NCBI RefSeq assembly: GCF_004010195.1
Contig: NC_057749.1
Coordinates: 10,751,646 to 10,815,645 of the forward strand
Direction: 5' to 3'
DNA from: Chiloscyllium plagiosum
Lineage: Eukaryota
DNA length: 64,000 nt
The translations under genes were made by a program, and so were the position numbers. Under the pieces are notes generated by a model. It did not search any database, was not told the DNA's origin, and saw only the letters and a program-made list of their open reading frames with translations. This document shows positions 12,861-26,450 of this stretch, piece after piece; positions within the stretch are counted from its first letter, which is position 1, and every line of letters starts with the position of its first letter.

Positions 12861-13620
12861 AAGATTGGTGACTCCTGAGCTAGGGCTCGGAAGCTGAAGA
12901 CAAGGGTGTTGACTGTGGGGTTAATATTGGGGATAAAAAAAAGACAGAGGACACCCAGGACTAACTTGTGGGTCCATATGGTGAGCAACATTTTGGGTCT
13001 TGCCCCACTCTCCCAATGTTCATCAATAAGATCGAAATGCTGCAAATCCCAGACGTTAACTTAATCACCAGTAATCAACCTTCTGTTTTACTCAATCAAG
13101 ATGGATGGTGCAGGAAATCCTTTTGTGTTGCAGTTTAATGAAAGTTAATGCAAGTTAATGCAGGCTAACTCGATGCATAAATCCTCATGTCACTGACACT
13201 CTCCAGAAATGTTCAGAGCTCCCAGCCATGTTAATATCACTGAGGCCAATACCATCTGACCCATCCAATACCACAATACCAAGCTGTGATAAAGTAATTG
13301 TATATTAATGCGGATGTCTGATTTATGAATGGGGAGAACCAGGCTGCATTTTGTAATAGTTTATCAGCTTATTGACTGCTTTCCCATGTGGAAATCAGAG
13401 GCAACTTTCAATGCTACAGTAACTTCAACACAAAGGACTTGTTTTAGAATATGCACACACCACCCTGATGCAGCTCTTCAAAGTTCAAAGGGAACTTAGG
13501 CCCCACAGATACCTTCAAGAAGCTTGCTCATGATGTCATCACCATATCATCGCATGTATAGAGGTTTTGGCAGGGCCGTTAGTGGCACAGTGGTAGCGTC
13601 CCCACCTCTGAGCTAGCAGG

Positions 13621-14550
13621 AAGTCACAAGTCACATGACACCAGGTTACAGCCCAACAGGTTTATTTGAAATCATAATCCTTCACAGTACTCCAAACACT
13701 TGTGAATTCAAATAACAAATCAGGGCCTGACTTATACAGTTAATGGTAAGGTCTTTGGGAGTGTTGCCGATCAAACAGACTATGGAGTGCAGGTTCATTG
13801 TTCCTTGAAAATGGAGTCCCAGGTAAATAGGATAGTGAGGAAGGTGTTTGGTACACTTGCCTTTACTGATCAGTGCATTGAGTATAGGGAGTTAGGAGTT
13901 CATGTTGTGGCTGTACAGGACATAGGTTAGGCCATTACTGGAATACTGTGTGCAATTCTGGTCTCCCTGCTTATAGGAAAGATGGTGTGAAACTTGAAAG
14001 GATTAAGAAAAGATTTACAGGATGTTGCCAGGGTTGGAGGATTTGAGTTATCGGGAGAGGCTGAATACGCTAGGGCCATTTTCCCTGGAGCGTCGGATGC
14101 TGAGGGGTGACCTTATGGAGGTTTATAAAATCATGAGGGGCACGGATAGGATAAATAGACAAGGTCTTTTCCCTGGAGTGGGTGAATCCAAAACTAGAGG
14201 GGATAGGTTTAAAATGAGAGGAGAAAGGTTTAATTTGGACCTAAGAGGAATTTCATGCAGAGGGTAGTGTGTGTATGAAATGAGCTGCCCGAGGAAGTGG
14301 TGGAAGCTGGTACAATTACAATATTTAAAAGGCATCTGGATGGGTATATGAATAGGAAGTGTTTAGAGGATATAGGCCAAATGGGATTAGATTAATTTAG
14401 GATATCTGGTTGGCATGGACCCGTCAGACCGAAGGGTTTGTTTCTATGCTGTAAAAATTCTATGACACTATGATTCTAAACCTGTTGGATTATAACCTAG
14501 TGTCATGTGACTTCTGACCTTGTCCACCCCAGTCCAACATCTCCACATCC
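13621..14550. mobile_element. Palindromic PLE derivative (family A) split by a CR1 insertion
   Basis: Left part 13621-13716; resumes at 14478 AAACCTGTTGG...CCAGTCCAACATCTCCACATC. Confidence 0.7.
13720..14477 (+). mobile_element. CR1 (HER1-type) LINE 3' fragment
   Basis: RPLLEYCVQFWSP, MLPGLEDLSYRERL, LRGDLMEVYKIM and a typical 3' tail. Confidence 0.9.
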
Positions 14551-16792
14551 AGGTTTGGAGGCCTGGGTTCAAGAACCACCTGCTCCAGAGGTGTGTCATA
14601 CCATTCCTGATTAAAAATATCTGTAAAAGACTCAATCTCCAATTTAATCAAGCTTCTTGCAGCATGACACACTGAGGGAAACTTAGTTCACTTTGTAATT
14701 TTGTATCAGTGCACACAGCAGGACAATTGTAATATATGTTGTTACCTGAAGCTGCGATAAAGGAATAGGGTAGGGGTTGGGTCTGGGTGGGATACCCTTC
14801 ATAGAGATCAGCGTGGAACCGATGGGCTGAATGGCCTGCTCCCACACTGTAGGGATTCTATCATTCTATGAAATGTGTATCTTATCTGTGTTACCTGACC
14901 CACACCTCGGTCCTGTGTAACATCTCAAGTTACATCTTGGGCAGTGGATACATGGGAACACCATCATTGACAGGTTCCCCTCCAGGCCCCTTACCATCCT
15001 GACTTAGAAATATACTGCTGTTCCTTCGCTGTCGCTGGGTCACAACCGTGGAACTCCCTCTCTACAGACATTGTGGGTCTACCTGCAGTATACAGCCTGC
15101 AGCGGTTCAAGAAGGCAGCTCACCCCCACCTTCTCTAGGGGGCAAACAGGGACAGGCAATAAATCCTGGGCCCAGCCAGTGACACCCACATCCCACGAGT
15201 CAAGAAAAGAATAATCACGCGATAAGTTTTCAAGATATTAACAGGAAAAGTCAAAAATATTAACTATTTCCACTGATAGTCCATTCAGGAATAAGAGGGC
15301 ACAGTTTAAAAATGAGGGGATGAAGGGCATCATTGATGAGGCCTGAAGACCATCTGTAATCACCAATGGGTCAGGAGTCACATGTAAACCAGACCAGGTA
15401 ACAATGGCTTATTTCCTTCCTAAAGGATATTTTTGGAACCTATGGGCTTTTATAGCAAAATTGATGATAATATCATAATCACTGTAAGCAACCACATACT
15501 TTAATTTCCTCCTGGCCCATAATATGGTTAATGGAATTTGGATTGCTATATAGTTAAAAATACCAGGAAAAAAATGTGCAAGTAGAGGACCTACTGCAAG
15601 GTGTAGTGTTCACTTTAGCTTCACAAAATCGGTTTACATTTTGGAGCAATGAGGTGGCTATTTTACAACAGCGGTGTCAGGAATCTTTGAGTTTCGGAAA
15701 GACTGTCTAACAATCACCTTTGGATTGATCCAGCAGCTACAGTTTGTTACAGACCTGCAATTGCAGAGCCCTCAGAGATATCTAGAAGCAAAAAGAAACA
15801 TTTCCCATCATCTTTCTCTCCCAGTGAAGAATACAGAATGTGGGACTCTGAGAAGAAAGAGTCCAAACAAAAAAAAAGACCTAGGTCTAGCCGATCAGCT
15901 ACTAAATCGAAGTTCGACCATTGCTTTGCAGATCACATCACGTTGCATTCATTTTAAAAAGTCAAAAGAACTGTCAGAAACAACTCATTCCACCCTTGTG
16001 GCCTGGACTCTTGAACTGTTGAATTCCCTGTCTATGTTTTTCTACCCACAACATTTGTGTTAAACCATCTGCTATTGTTTATATTACTTTGTAAATGAAT
16101 GTGGTTGGGAGTTTAAATGGGTATAGCTTAAGTTGCATCGCAATAATGAGTAATTCATTTTTATCAACCAATTGGTAAAGAATAAGTTTGGTTACAATAA
16201 ACCTATTAATGATGAAACCTGGTGTGAATTCTTTTTGTCCTGAGTAGCATACAAAACATTGGGGAAATCGATCACTTCCTGGTTTCAGCGGGTAGTTACA
16301 TATTCATGATGGCTTGTGGAATTGTGGGGCTCAATTACTGGTGCACTCTTCACAACTTGGCAACGATATCACCTCACCGATGATGATCTCAGCTCACAGG
16401 AACAATGTAGTCTTTTCTCCAGTTACCTTCTACTTTTGTTTTAAGAAAGACTCAGAAACCACAACTCCGTATATGTGCAGAGGGCGAGTGAGAGAGAAAG
16501 AGAAACATTTTTGACAACTTTTTTTGTCAGAAATACCCAAATCTTGTTTTGAGTTATTTATTACGAGTTCCCACTATTAACTTTCATGCAACTGCAATGC
16601 AAGTCAGGTATTTTGCTCAGAGAAATTCTGAAACAGCAGGATCTCCCTGAGGGAAGCAGTGAGTTCATCAATAACTTTAACCCTCCTACACAAAGGTCCA
16701 TTCATCATCCTTCCATTATTCAACATGGCTTTTGAGAGAAATTCATGCATTCTCTGTCACTCAGTCTGAAAACGCCAGAGCTCAGTACTCAC

Positions 16793-16956
16793 GCTGTTGC
16801 GAAAGGTTGAGGCACTGAGCCATCACTGAGGGCTGGTATATCCGTCGCTCCATGCAGGATTATGCTAATACATTCCTTGCCAGGTCTTGAGACGTGCTCC
16901 TCATTCGCTGGGGAAGACAGCGTCACTTCAGTCTTTCCGAGTGGTGTTTCCAAGAC
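16793..16956 (-). CDS. CCDC33: Internal coding exon of CCDC33 (start of C2 domain), phase 0 to phase 2
   Basis: Acceptor CTGTTCTCCCTGACCCAG| and donor |GTGAGT. Peptide VLETPLGKTEVTLSSPANEEHVSRPGKECISIILHGATDIPALSDGSVPQPFAT aligns ungapped to human CCDC33 ...[34 protein letters not shown] (recalled from memory, not searched). Confidence 0.85.
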
Positions 16957-17004
16957 CTGGGTCAGGGAGAACAGCATTAAACCCCCTTAGTAATTGAACA
17001 CGCT

Positions 17005-17185
17005 ACCCCCCCCCCCCCCCTTGCCCCTCTCTCTCGCCTCCCCACTCCTCTCTCTCGCCCACCTCTCCCTCTCTCTCTCATCCCCTTTCTCTCTGTCTCT
17101 CTCGCTCTTGCCCTCGCTTTCTCTCAAAAACACACACACACACACACACCCCGCTCTCTCGCTCTCTCTCTCACCCTTCACTCCC
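17005..17185. repeat. poly-C, CT-rich and (CA)n simple repeats
   Basis: C run, degenerate (CT)n and (CA)n in the intron just upstream of the CCDC33 exon. Confidence 0.85.
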
Positions 17186-17271
17186 ATCCCAGCCATCACT
17201 GTTACTCGGTCATCATGGCACAGAAGGAGGTCCTCCATCCCCTCAAACCCATTCCAACTCTCTGCAGAGTC

Positions 17272-17371
17272 AAAAAACAGAAATTGCTGGAAAAGCTCAG
17301 CAGGACTGGCAGCACCTGTGGAGAGAAATCGGAATCAAGTTTCGGGTCAACAGACCCTTCCTCAGAACTGA
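17272..17371 (-). mobile_element. Short PLE family C insertion with 12-bp TSD and hammerhead-like core
   Basis: CTCTGCAGAGTC at 17260-17271 and 17372-17383; minus strand GTT-CTGAGGA-A-GGGTC-tgtt-GACCC-GAAAC. Confidence 0.75.
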
Positions 17372-17699
17372 CTCTGCAGAGTCCAATTTCCTTTCAAAAT
17401 TACTCATTGTCTCTGCTGCCTCCGTGGAGACAGCAAGTTCCATGTCATTCATTGCAGAAAAACAGCCTTCCTCAGGTTTCCCAGAATTTTAAATCTATGT
17501 TCCCCTAACTTTGCATTATCAGAACAGTTAGTTTTTGTCTATTTTATGTGTATCCATCATAATCCTGGACACCTCTGTCAGATCTAGCTCTGCAACCAAT
17601 GTGTTCCAAGGAACTTTTAGGCCAATAGCCTGGGATAAAGCTAATATGAAGAAACTGCACAAACAGAAAAGTTACTGAAACAAAGGGATGGTGCGCTGT

Positions 17700-18110
17700 T
17701 GGACCCTTCCCAGTCATATACTCATCCAAATGCCTTTTAAATGTTGTAATTGTACCAGCCTCCACCACTTCCTCTGGCAGCTCATTCCATACACATATCA
17801 AACTCTGGATGAAAACATTGCCCCATTAAGTTCCTTTTAAATCTTTCCCCTGTCACCTTAAACCTTTAGCTTTGGGCACCCCACCCTGGGGGAAAGACCT
17901 TGGCTATTTACCCTATCAATGCCTCTTGTGACTTTATAAACTTGCATAAGGTCACCCTTCAGCCTCCGACGCTCCCTATAGCTCAAACCTGCCAGACCTT
18001 TCAAGTTTAACAACATCCTTCTAATAGGAGAGAGACCGGAATTATTCCAAAAGCAGCCTAATCAACATCCTGTACAGCCGCAACATGACCTCCCAACCCC
18101 TACACTCAAC
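17700..18110 (-). mobile_element. CR1 LINE 3' fragment
   Basis: Minus-strand CVWNELPEEVVEAGTITTFKRHLD. Confidence 0.85.
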
Positions 18111-18864
18111 GTCTCTGGGTTACTAGCTCAGTGGCAATGCGACCAACTCCCCTTGGTACCTTCAATATCATAAGGTGCTTCACAGGACCATTTAGCAAAG
18201 AAAATTCAATACTTTAGCCACATAAGTAGAAGTCAGGTCAAAAAGCTTGATGAGAGATGTAGGCTTTAAGGAGCGTCTCAATCATGATAGAGAAGCTGAG
18301 AGATTTTGAGAAGGAATGGAAGAGCTCTGCTATAAAACAGCAAGGTTTCCCTCTCACTAGTGAAGAAAGGCAGAGAACAAACTCTGAGACCCTTTCCCAA
18401 CTGGATTGCACGATTGCTCAACAGTTCTGTCTTTGATTATAAGAGTCTGGCAATCAATCTATGATCACTGCAACTGATTGGTTAGGTCTAGGTGTGAACA
18501 CAGAGCAAAATAAACAAACTCGACAGAAGCTATTGGGGGCTGGGCTGTCATCATGGGGGCAGATAAATTTGTGATTGCAGAGATCTTTTAAGGCTCTTGT
18601 AACTAAACTTTGTTGCATATTTAGATATCTCTGCAATGCTCTGAGATACAAAAAATATACAATGCTACGCAGTGAAATGTTCAGACAGGAATGATTCATT
18701 CACATGGGAGCCTCCTGTCACAAAGCAGAGGAGCTTTTTCAGCACAGTGTCTAAGCTGACACTTCACTTCAGACCCAAGATCATTGGGTTTGGTCAGTGC
18801 CTAGGAACAGATCCCGAGTCTGGGAGAGAGCTGAATGCCATGCTCTTGGTACACAGAATAAAAT

Positions 18865-19012
18865 AAGAACTGCCAATGCTGTAGATCTGAAACAAAGATA
18901 GAAACTCCTGGCGAAACTCAACTGTTCTGATGAAGAGTCACCAGCCTTGAAATGTGAACTCTGCTTTCTTCCCACAGACCTGCTGAGCTTTGCCAGTAAT
19001 TTCTGTTTTTGT
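18865..19012. mobile_element. Short palindromic PLE derivative (family C)
   Basis: Inverted arms; GTT-CTGATGA-AGAGTC...GAAATGTG-AAC at 18924-18959 (degenerate HHR). Confidence 0.65.
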
Positions 19013-22000
19013 CTCTTATACTGAATGGCTATGAGCCATTTAGATACAGACCACTGATCTGTCAAGCACATCATCCACTCAAAACCACATTTGTTCCTAA
19101 AATTCATAACTTTCTGTTTAAATGCTAAACACAGCCGACTTCAGTGCTTTGATTATCCATTTATATAAAGAGCTTGTTGATGAATGCATTAAACCGCCTA
19201 GAGACAGTCTCAATTATGACTCAAATACTTAATAATAACCTTCATCTCCAGAAACATGTTGGTATTGAGTGAACATGCAGGAAAGCAAAATAATAATCCA
19301 CATACACACGCATAATTGGAGCCTCAAGGTCAGCTGCTTGCGGAGAGATTACTGAAAGCTCCAACTGCACAGACAGATGTGTGCCAGCAATCTGTGACCG
19401 AACCATGAGAAATTGCTGGAAACCTTGTTCCAATTAAATTGGTGACGGGGGATCAGTGGAGTCACGATGATGATGGCTTCAATATAGTTCTGTGCCAGTG
19501 AATGGTGGCCCCCGTTCTTCCAGAGGTTCAGCGGGCGGTGACTTCAATTAAATCTTAGTTTATGGATTCTGTTGTGGGATATGGGTATCTGCTCCTCATC
19601 CCCAAATGGAGTGGGTTGGCTCAGGCCATTTCAGAGGGCAGTTGTGAGTCAACCACATTGCTTGTGTGTTTGGAGTCATGGGTAGGCCAGGTATTAGTGA
19701 GCCAATGGTTCTTTCACACAACAGCAAGACCAGATTGTGATCGGGATTTTGAGGGGGTGCCGGAAGCGGGATATGGAGATGGTGAGCAATAGGCAGGGAG
19801 GTTCCATCAAATATTCAGGGCCACATGATCGCATCTCCAACTTCTGATCGTCTCGAGGTAATGGAACAGGTCACGGAAACATAGAAATATAGAAAATAGA
19901 CCATAAAACCATAAGACATGGGAGCAGAATTAGGCCATTCAGCCCATCAAGACTGCTCCAACATTCAGTCATGGCTGATAAGTTTCCCAACCCCATTCTC
20001 CTGCCTTCTCCCCATAATCCTTGATCCCCTTACCAATCAGGAATCCATCTCTGTCTTAAATACGCCCAAAGACTTGGCCTCCACAGCCCCCTGTGGCAAT
20101 AAATTCCACAGATTAATCAAATGGAATAAAATGGCCTTTCAGCTCTTCAGGCATGCTCTGCATTCCAACATGATTGTGGCTTACTCAGTTCCCCCATTCC
20201 CGTGTTCCCCCCACTGATCCCTTTAGCCTCAAGAAACAAACCTAACTCCCTCTTGAAAACATTCAACGTTTGAGTCTCGACTGCTTTCAGGGGCAGTGAA
20301 TTCCACTCTGGGTAAAGAAATGTTTGCTCATCTCAGCCTTAAATGACCTACACTGTATCCTTAGACAGGTAAGGATTCCCAGGGTCACTGGAAACATCAT
20401 TTCCTGTGTTTGCCGTGTCTAATCCTATTGGAATTTTGTACATTCTTAGAAAAGAACTCTGTTTTCTCTGCCCTTGATGTTTCCAGAAATGGTCTTTCAT
20501 TTTGTAATTTGTTTTCTCATCTCTCGCCAGAGATTGTATGGTTTTGAATGGGAGTGGGGAGTGGATAAAAGATGACACACTGGGGTGATAATTGGGTAGG
20601 ACACGTTGGATGAACCAGAAAGACTTTCCCATTTAATGTTCCTGGAATATAGGTCTGCTCCATTCAATGGCCTCAACTCAACTTTTCTGACCAATCCCCA
20701 CAACTCTCTAGTTCTCAAAGATGCCAACATTCTGTCTATCCCAACCTTAATGATATTTAATGATGGAGCATACTCTGAGGTGTAGAATTCACAGGATTGA
20801 GTGAAATTTCTCCTCACCTCAGTGCCAAATGATCAGCCACTTATCCTGAGACGGTGCCCCGCATTTTGAAAAAAACAGTAATAGTTTGCATTATTTAGTC
20901 CAACTTGTCTTGGATTCTTCCACATGGAGCTCCAATGTTTCCAGTATTAATCAGATTGCCAGATTCCACCCTGCCAAACACTTTCAGTTCACAATTCTTC
21001 TAAACTGTAAGGAACACAGACCCAATTTACTCAGCTTCCCATTCTAGGGATGAACCTAGTGAAGTTTCACTGCGCTGTGTCCTTCATTAAACATGGAGCC
21101 AATTAATGCAAACATTGCTCCCATGATCCCCTATTAGATCAGAAACCAGCCAAGATGGGAAACACTGGTGGGAAGCTAACTGAGCGCGTTTCTTTGCTCC
21201 AAAGAGTTACAAAATAGTGGCACAGGAATACCTTTACTGTTATAAATACAGCGTGGCCTGCTAATGTAGACATCTCAGTCAAGAAGCAAACATCAAGATT
21301 TATAATGAAAAATGGTTGGCACAGGAAGTGATTATGGTGGGTAAGGATTTGTAGATAGAAAGTACAGACAAGCAAAATATAAATATAAGTGGCAATAAAT
21401 AATATTTAAGTGAATAAGTAGATAACTATTATTTAGTGTCATTGTTCAAATATAATCATGACTCATAAAAATGTTAACACCAAGTGAATCAATGCTGTAA
21501 CATTCCATTGTGCAACAACATCATGTTGAAATTGTTAATAATTTCAGCTTGATAATACCATAATGTAAATAATGCCAATAAACATAGAAACACTGAACTA
21601 TTACAGTGCAGGTAAAGGCCATTCAATCCATCATGTCTGGACTAGCTCTCTAAGCATTCTGCCTTAATGCTAATCTCCTGTGGGGTAATGCCTTTTCCCC
21701 ATTACCCCACACTTTATGTCTTTAATTAACCATCCAATGTTCCTGTTCAATACCTCAACTGACCCTACCTCCAGCACATTTCCAGGCAGTGTATTCCACA
21801 CCTGAACCCCTCGCTCTGTAAAAGAGCATTTTCTCACTCGCATTTGCTACTTTTACAATGCATTTTTAAAACTGCACCCTCTGGCTCTCGATCCTTTTAT
21901 GAGCGGGAATCAGTTTCTCCCCAACGACTCTGTCCAGACCCCTCATAGTTAGAAAAATCTCCCCTTTCCAAAAGCAGTCCCAACATCTCCACTCTAGCCT

Positions 22001-23069
22001 CAAAATTAAAGCTGCATTCTCGTAGACCTCTTCTGCACTCTCTCCAATACATTCACATCCTTCCTGAAGTGGGGCACCCAGAACTGTACACAATACTCCA
22101 GCCTAGCTCTAGCCAGGGTCTGAATGAGTAGGTCCAGTGACATTACCATTATGCCACCATCTCCTCTGGACTCACATTTCGAGATATCACATATAGAGCT
22201 GGCTCCTTCAACTAACTCATTTCCTTACACATTAACATCATGTCTCACTTCAGATCAATTTTGTTTCTGAGCTTGCTGACATTTACAGCTTCAAAAGGTT
22301 TACAGTTGGTTCTCCTCACACAGAATTTCAACAAACGGTGACTTAGGTCATCACCCTGGAGCCACAAAGAAACAATTACAGACAAAGGTGGAAGATTCAT
22401 CAGCAGGAGGGTGTTCAAGCAAGACCAGAATAAAATGGGGTCATCTGGGGACTTCCAAGCCGAGCCAACTGAATAATTCAATGCAGCCCAGAGCTTTCGT
22501 TGGAAGAAACCAAAAACTTCCAAAGGACGTTAAAAAAAACACATGACCGTGTCACCCAAGGCATTGTATTTTGTTTGGAATGTAAACCAGTTTGACATTT
22601 TGTAATGCACAGAACAGAATCAGTAGTTAGAAGGGAGCTCTGTGGCCATAAAATGGTCCAAATGTCATTTTCTTGAGCATTCCACTGGCCCATTTATTTT
22701 AATGCTTATTCATGAGAATTGTTGTACGCTAAGGTGGGGAACCCTCTGCAATGATTGCCTTTTCAACAAGATAATCCCGCTGTAACTGGTTACGCTGTCA
22801 AAAGGCGCCATCACAGTTTTGTTTTCTGAAGAACAGTCCATTGTGTCGTGTTCTGTGTTGGATTACATGAGTCTGAATCCTATTGATCCTACCTGTGCTC
22901 GGGTGGTTCAGCCTGGGTGTAAATTCTGAAACAGGAACCAAACTGGTAACATTCCACGCTGTAAGGTCATTCCTCTCTGTATCACCAGCAAATCTCAGTG
23001 GTGGCATTTCCTCTCCAATGGAGGCAATAATCAAATCTTGAGCCAATCAAGGGGAGGTAATATCAGTGG

Positions 23070-23610
23070 GGAAGTGATGGCCAAGTGGTATTACCATAGT
23101 CTGTTAATCCAGAGAGGGGAAAGTGAGGACTGCAGATCAGAGTCAAGAGGTGCTGGAAAAGCACAGCAGATCAGGCAGCATCCGAGGAGCAGGAAAATCG
23201 ATGTTTCGGACAGGAGACCTTCATCAGGAATGAGGGATTCCTGATGAAGGGCTCCTGCCCGAAATGATTTTTCTGCTCCTCGGATGCTGCCTGACCTGCT
23301 GCGCTTTTCCAGCACCTCTCTAACCTTGTTAATCCAGAGAGCCAGGTAACATTCTGGGGACCTGGATTCGAATCCTGCTGTGGCAGTAAGTGTAATTTAA
23401 GTTCAATTAAAAATGTGGAATTAAGAGTTTAATGATGACTATTGTTGGGGGATAACTCATATGTTTCACTAAGTTTCCTTTAGGGAAGGAAACTGCCATC
23501 CTAACCTGGTCTAGTCTACATGTGACTCCAGACCCACAGCAATGTGGTTGACTCTTAACTGCCCTCTGGGCAATCAGGAATGGGTGACACCCACATCCTG
23601 AATGAATGAA
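23070..23610 (+). mobile_element. Second tRNA-derived SINE family (other copies ~40555-40920, 53165-53475, 56070-56370)
   Basis: B-box-like GATTCGAATCC, body CTTTAGGGAAGGAAACTGCC..TACATGTGACTCCAGACCCACAGCAATG, tail GGGCAATCAGG. Confidence 0.7.
23117..23326. mobile_element. Palindromic PLE derivative (family B) with 15-bp TSD and two opposed HHR cores
   Basis: TGTTAATCCAGAGAG at 23102-23116 and 23327-23341; CTGATGA-A-GGGC-tcct-GCCC-GAAA at 23241-23264 (+) and a mirror copy on the minus strand. Confidence 0.85.
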
Positions 23611-23791
23611 AAACATCAGTCCAATGGATGTAAAAGGACTACTTTCCTGCTTCATGTTTAAAACGGTTCACTATTACCTTCCCTAACACCTCAAAATAAG
23701 CAACTCTCCCCAATCACTCAAAAGGTTTCCATCTCAAAAGGCCAGATAAACTGTGTTCTAGTTTGGGCCAATCTAGTTTGGGCCAATTGAT

Positions 23792-24104
23792 GGGCGACAC
23801 GGTGGCACAGTGGTTAGCACTGCTGCCTCACAGCGCCTGAGACCCGGGTTCAATTCCCGCCTCAGGCGACTGACTGTGTGGAGTTTGCACGTTCTCCCCG
23901 TGTCTGCGTGGGTTTCCTCCGGGTGCTCCGGTTTCCTCCCACATTCCAAAGATGTGCAGGTCAGGTGAATTGGCCATGCTAAATTGCCCGTAGTGTTAGG
24001 TAAGGGGTAAATGTAGGGGTATGGGTGGGTTGCGCTTCGGCGGGTCGGTGTGGACTTGTTGGGCCGAAGGGCCTGTTTCCACACTGTAATCTAATCTAAT
24101 CTAA
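23792..24104 (+). mobile_element. HE1-type SINE, young full-length copy
   Basis: CpG-rich, intact A/B boxes, V domain, (CTAAT)n tail. Confidence 0.92.
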
Positions 24105-25999
24105 CGTAGCTGGTGGCCTTTCTCTCTCCTTGATTCATGTCCCCAGGAAAACCGAACCAACTCACATATTGCTGATTTCATCCCCTTCCACCTCTGCCAC
24201 CATCACAATGCTCCAAGATCTATAGGCTCTTCCAATCCTGGCTTCTCTTGTAAACCTAATTTCAATTGCTCCATAAGACACAGGAGTAGAATTAGGTCAT
24301 TCAACCCATTGAGTCCATTCCACCATTGAATCATGGCTGATATGCTTTGCAACCTCATCCTCCAGCCTTCTCCCTGTAACCCTTGATCCCCTTAACAATC
24401 AAGAACCTATCCATCTCTGTCTCAAATACATTCAATGATCTGGTCTCCACAGCCTTCTGGGGCAATGAGTTCCACACTCGGGCTGAAGAAATTCCTCCTC
24501 ATCTCAGTTCTAAAGGGTTGTTCCTTCACTCTGAAGCTGTACCCTCAGGTCCCAGTCTCTCCTACTAGTGGAAACATCTCTCCAAGGCCTCTCTGTACAC
24601 TGTCGTCCATCACTGGCAGACAGGCATTTGAACTTTTGAAATCATAATCATCGAAACCTACTCCCATCAATTTTCTACTTGCCCCCTTCCTTTTACTCTC
24701 AGGATTAGGATATCGTTATCCTTTAGAACTGAGATGAGGAGGAATTTCTTCAGTCAGAAGGAGATTAATCTGTGGAACTCATTGCCCCAGAGGGCTGTGC
24801 GGGCCAAATCATTGAGTGCATTAAAGACAGAGATAGATAGGTTCTTGATTGGTAAGGGGATCAAAGGTGATGGGAAGAAGGCAGGAGGATATTTATTGTC
24901 TAATTGCCCAGAGGGCAGTTAAGAGTCAACCACATTACTTTGTGGGTTTGGTGTCACATGTAGGCCAGACCAAGTAAGGATGGCAGAATTCCTTCCCTGA
25001 AAGGGTTAAATGGGCTTTTCCTAACAATCATTTCATAGTCATCATTAGATTGTTAATTCCGGATTTTTATTGAATTTAAATTCCACATGGCGGGATTTGA
25101 AATTGGACCACTGGCACGTTAGCTCAGTCTCAGGTTAATAATCTCGCGATAATACCGCAAGGCTATCATGTCCCCCCTTATAAGGCACTGTAAAACTTTG
25201 CTCTTCGCCACCTCTCCCAATTCAGATTGTTTCAATCTATTCAACTTTGTTTCAGATTGCAGATTTTGTTGCTTTCACACAGCACTGTGGGATATTTTTC
25301 ACTGCTTCGTTCCACATTTCTGATGGTCGTCTCTTTTCTGTTCAGATGGTTTTGCTGGGTTTAACACATTTTGTTTTGGTCCTCTTAACCCTCATCATCT
25401 AAATCCTCCAGCGAGGCTTTTACTAATGAGTACGCAACTTCATCAAATGCTGGAGTGCTCTGAGCAACACCACTCTTTGCCTCATTATTAGTTACCATTA
25501 GTGCACACATCTATCGCAACACTTGGCGCATTGTATAACAAGGCTCTAAACTCTCCACTCAGGAGGAACTCATCTCTCCGAGGACATCTGTGTGAAAATA
25601 CAATCTGCCCAAGTGTTAATGAAACAAAGATTGAAGTGCTCTGTGGCAAATTAGCCAGTCAGATGGCTCTGTCTATCTGCTGATTGCTCAGGGCTGACTG
25701 AACACCATCAACAGATGGAACACATCCAAACTGGTGTCTGAGGGAGATTCCATTTTCACTCTGACTGTGTTCGTTGTGTGTGTGTTCAGACCTGCCTTAC
25801 TCTCCACATGAATGCTAATGCTAAGGAAACATCCATCCAATTTGTACAACCCTATTAAACACAGTGCTAATTAACCAGGTATACAGCAGCGCAAAGCTGG
25901 CAAGAAGCTCCTCCTGGGTTACATTTTTGCCAGGGCCCTCGCTTCTGAAAGTAAAACTTAAACCGCTGTTCAGTGCATGAACATGAATCTAAGGATGTG

Positions 26000-26253
26000 T
26001 GTGTGCTGCTGTGAATGTGAGTGTACACCTTTATGTGTGACTGTGTGTAAGGCATGACTATGTGTCTGCCTGACAGCACGTGTGTATATCTTTACATGAG
26101 ACTATGTTTGTCAGGAGTAACTCTGTGTTCCTCTATCTGGGAGATTATCTTTATATGTGACTACATATGTAGGAGATACGTCTGTGTGTGTCTGACTGTC
26201 TGGGAGAATGTGCATGTGTAGCAGGTCTGGGAGAATGCATGTATAAGGGCTAA

Positions 26254-26294
<41 letters not shown>

Positions 26295-26450
26295 CACCGA
26301 ATGTGTAATTCTGTGTGCGTATCCACCCATCTGGGTGCCATGTGTGGCTGTCTGCATCTGCATCTTTGAGTCTGTCTGTGTGCGTACACGTGTGACCCTG
26401 CATGTGTGCCAGTGGGTGAATGCATGTGATTGTGTCCGTCTTTGTGTGTA
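26000..26450. repeat. TG-rich tract with (TG)n microsatellite
   Basis: Pure (TG)n at ~26257-26292 within degenerate TG sequence. Confidence 0.85.

Noticed and set aside
12470..13045. Longest ORF in the track (191 aa)
   Set aside because: Leu/Ser-rich translation of a GA/CT low-complexity tract; no domain signal.
15600..16370. Possible degenerate solo LTR
   Set aside because: LTR-like composition and an AATAAA, but termini and TSD could not be defined.
22249..22355. Minus-strand candidate exon GDDLSHRLLKFCVRR...
   Set aside because: Plausible splice sites, but its only open frame ends in phase 2, incompatible with the phase-0 CCDC33 exon; no recognised homology.
23792..23865. tRNA-like sequence with A and B boxes (many copies)
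   Set aside because: It continues directly into the V domain and CR1-like tail, so it is a SINE head, not a tRNA gene.
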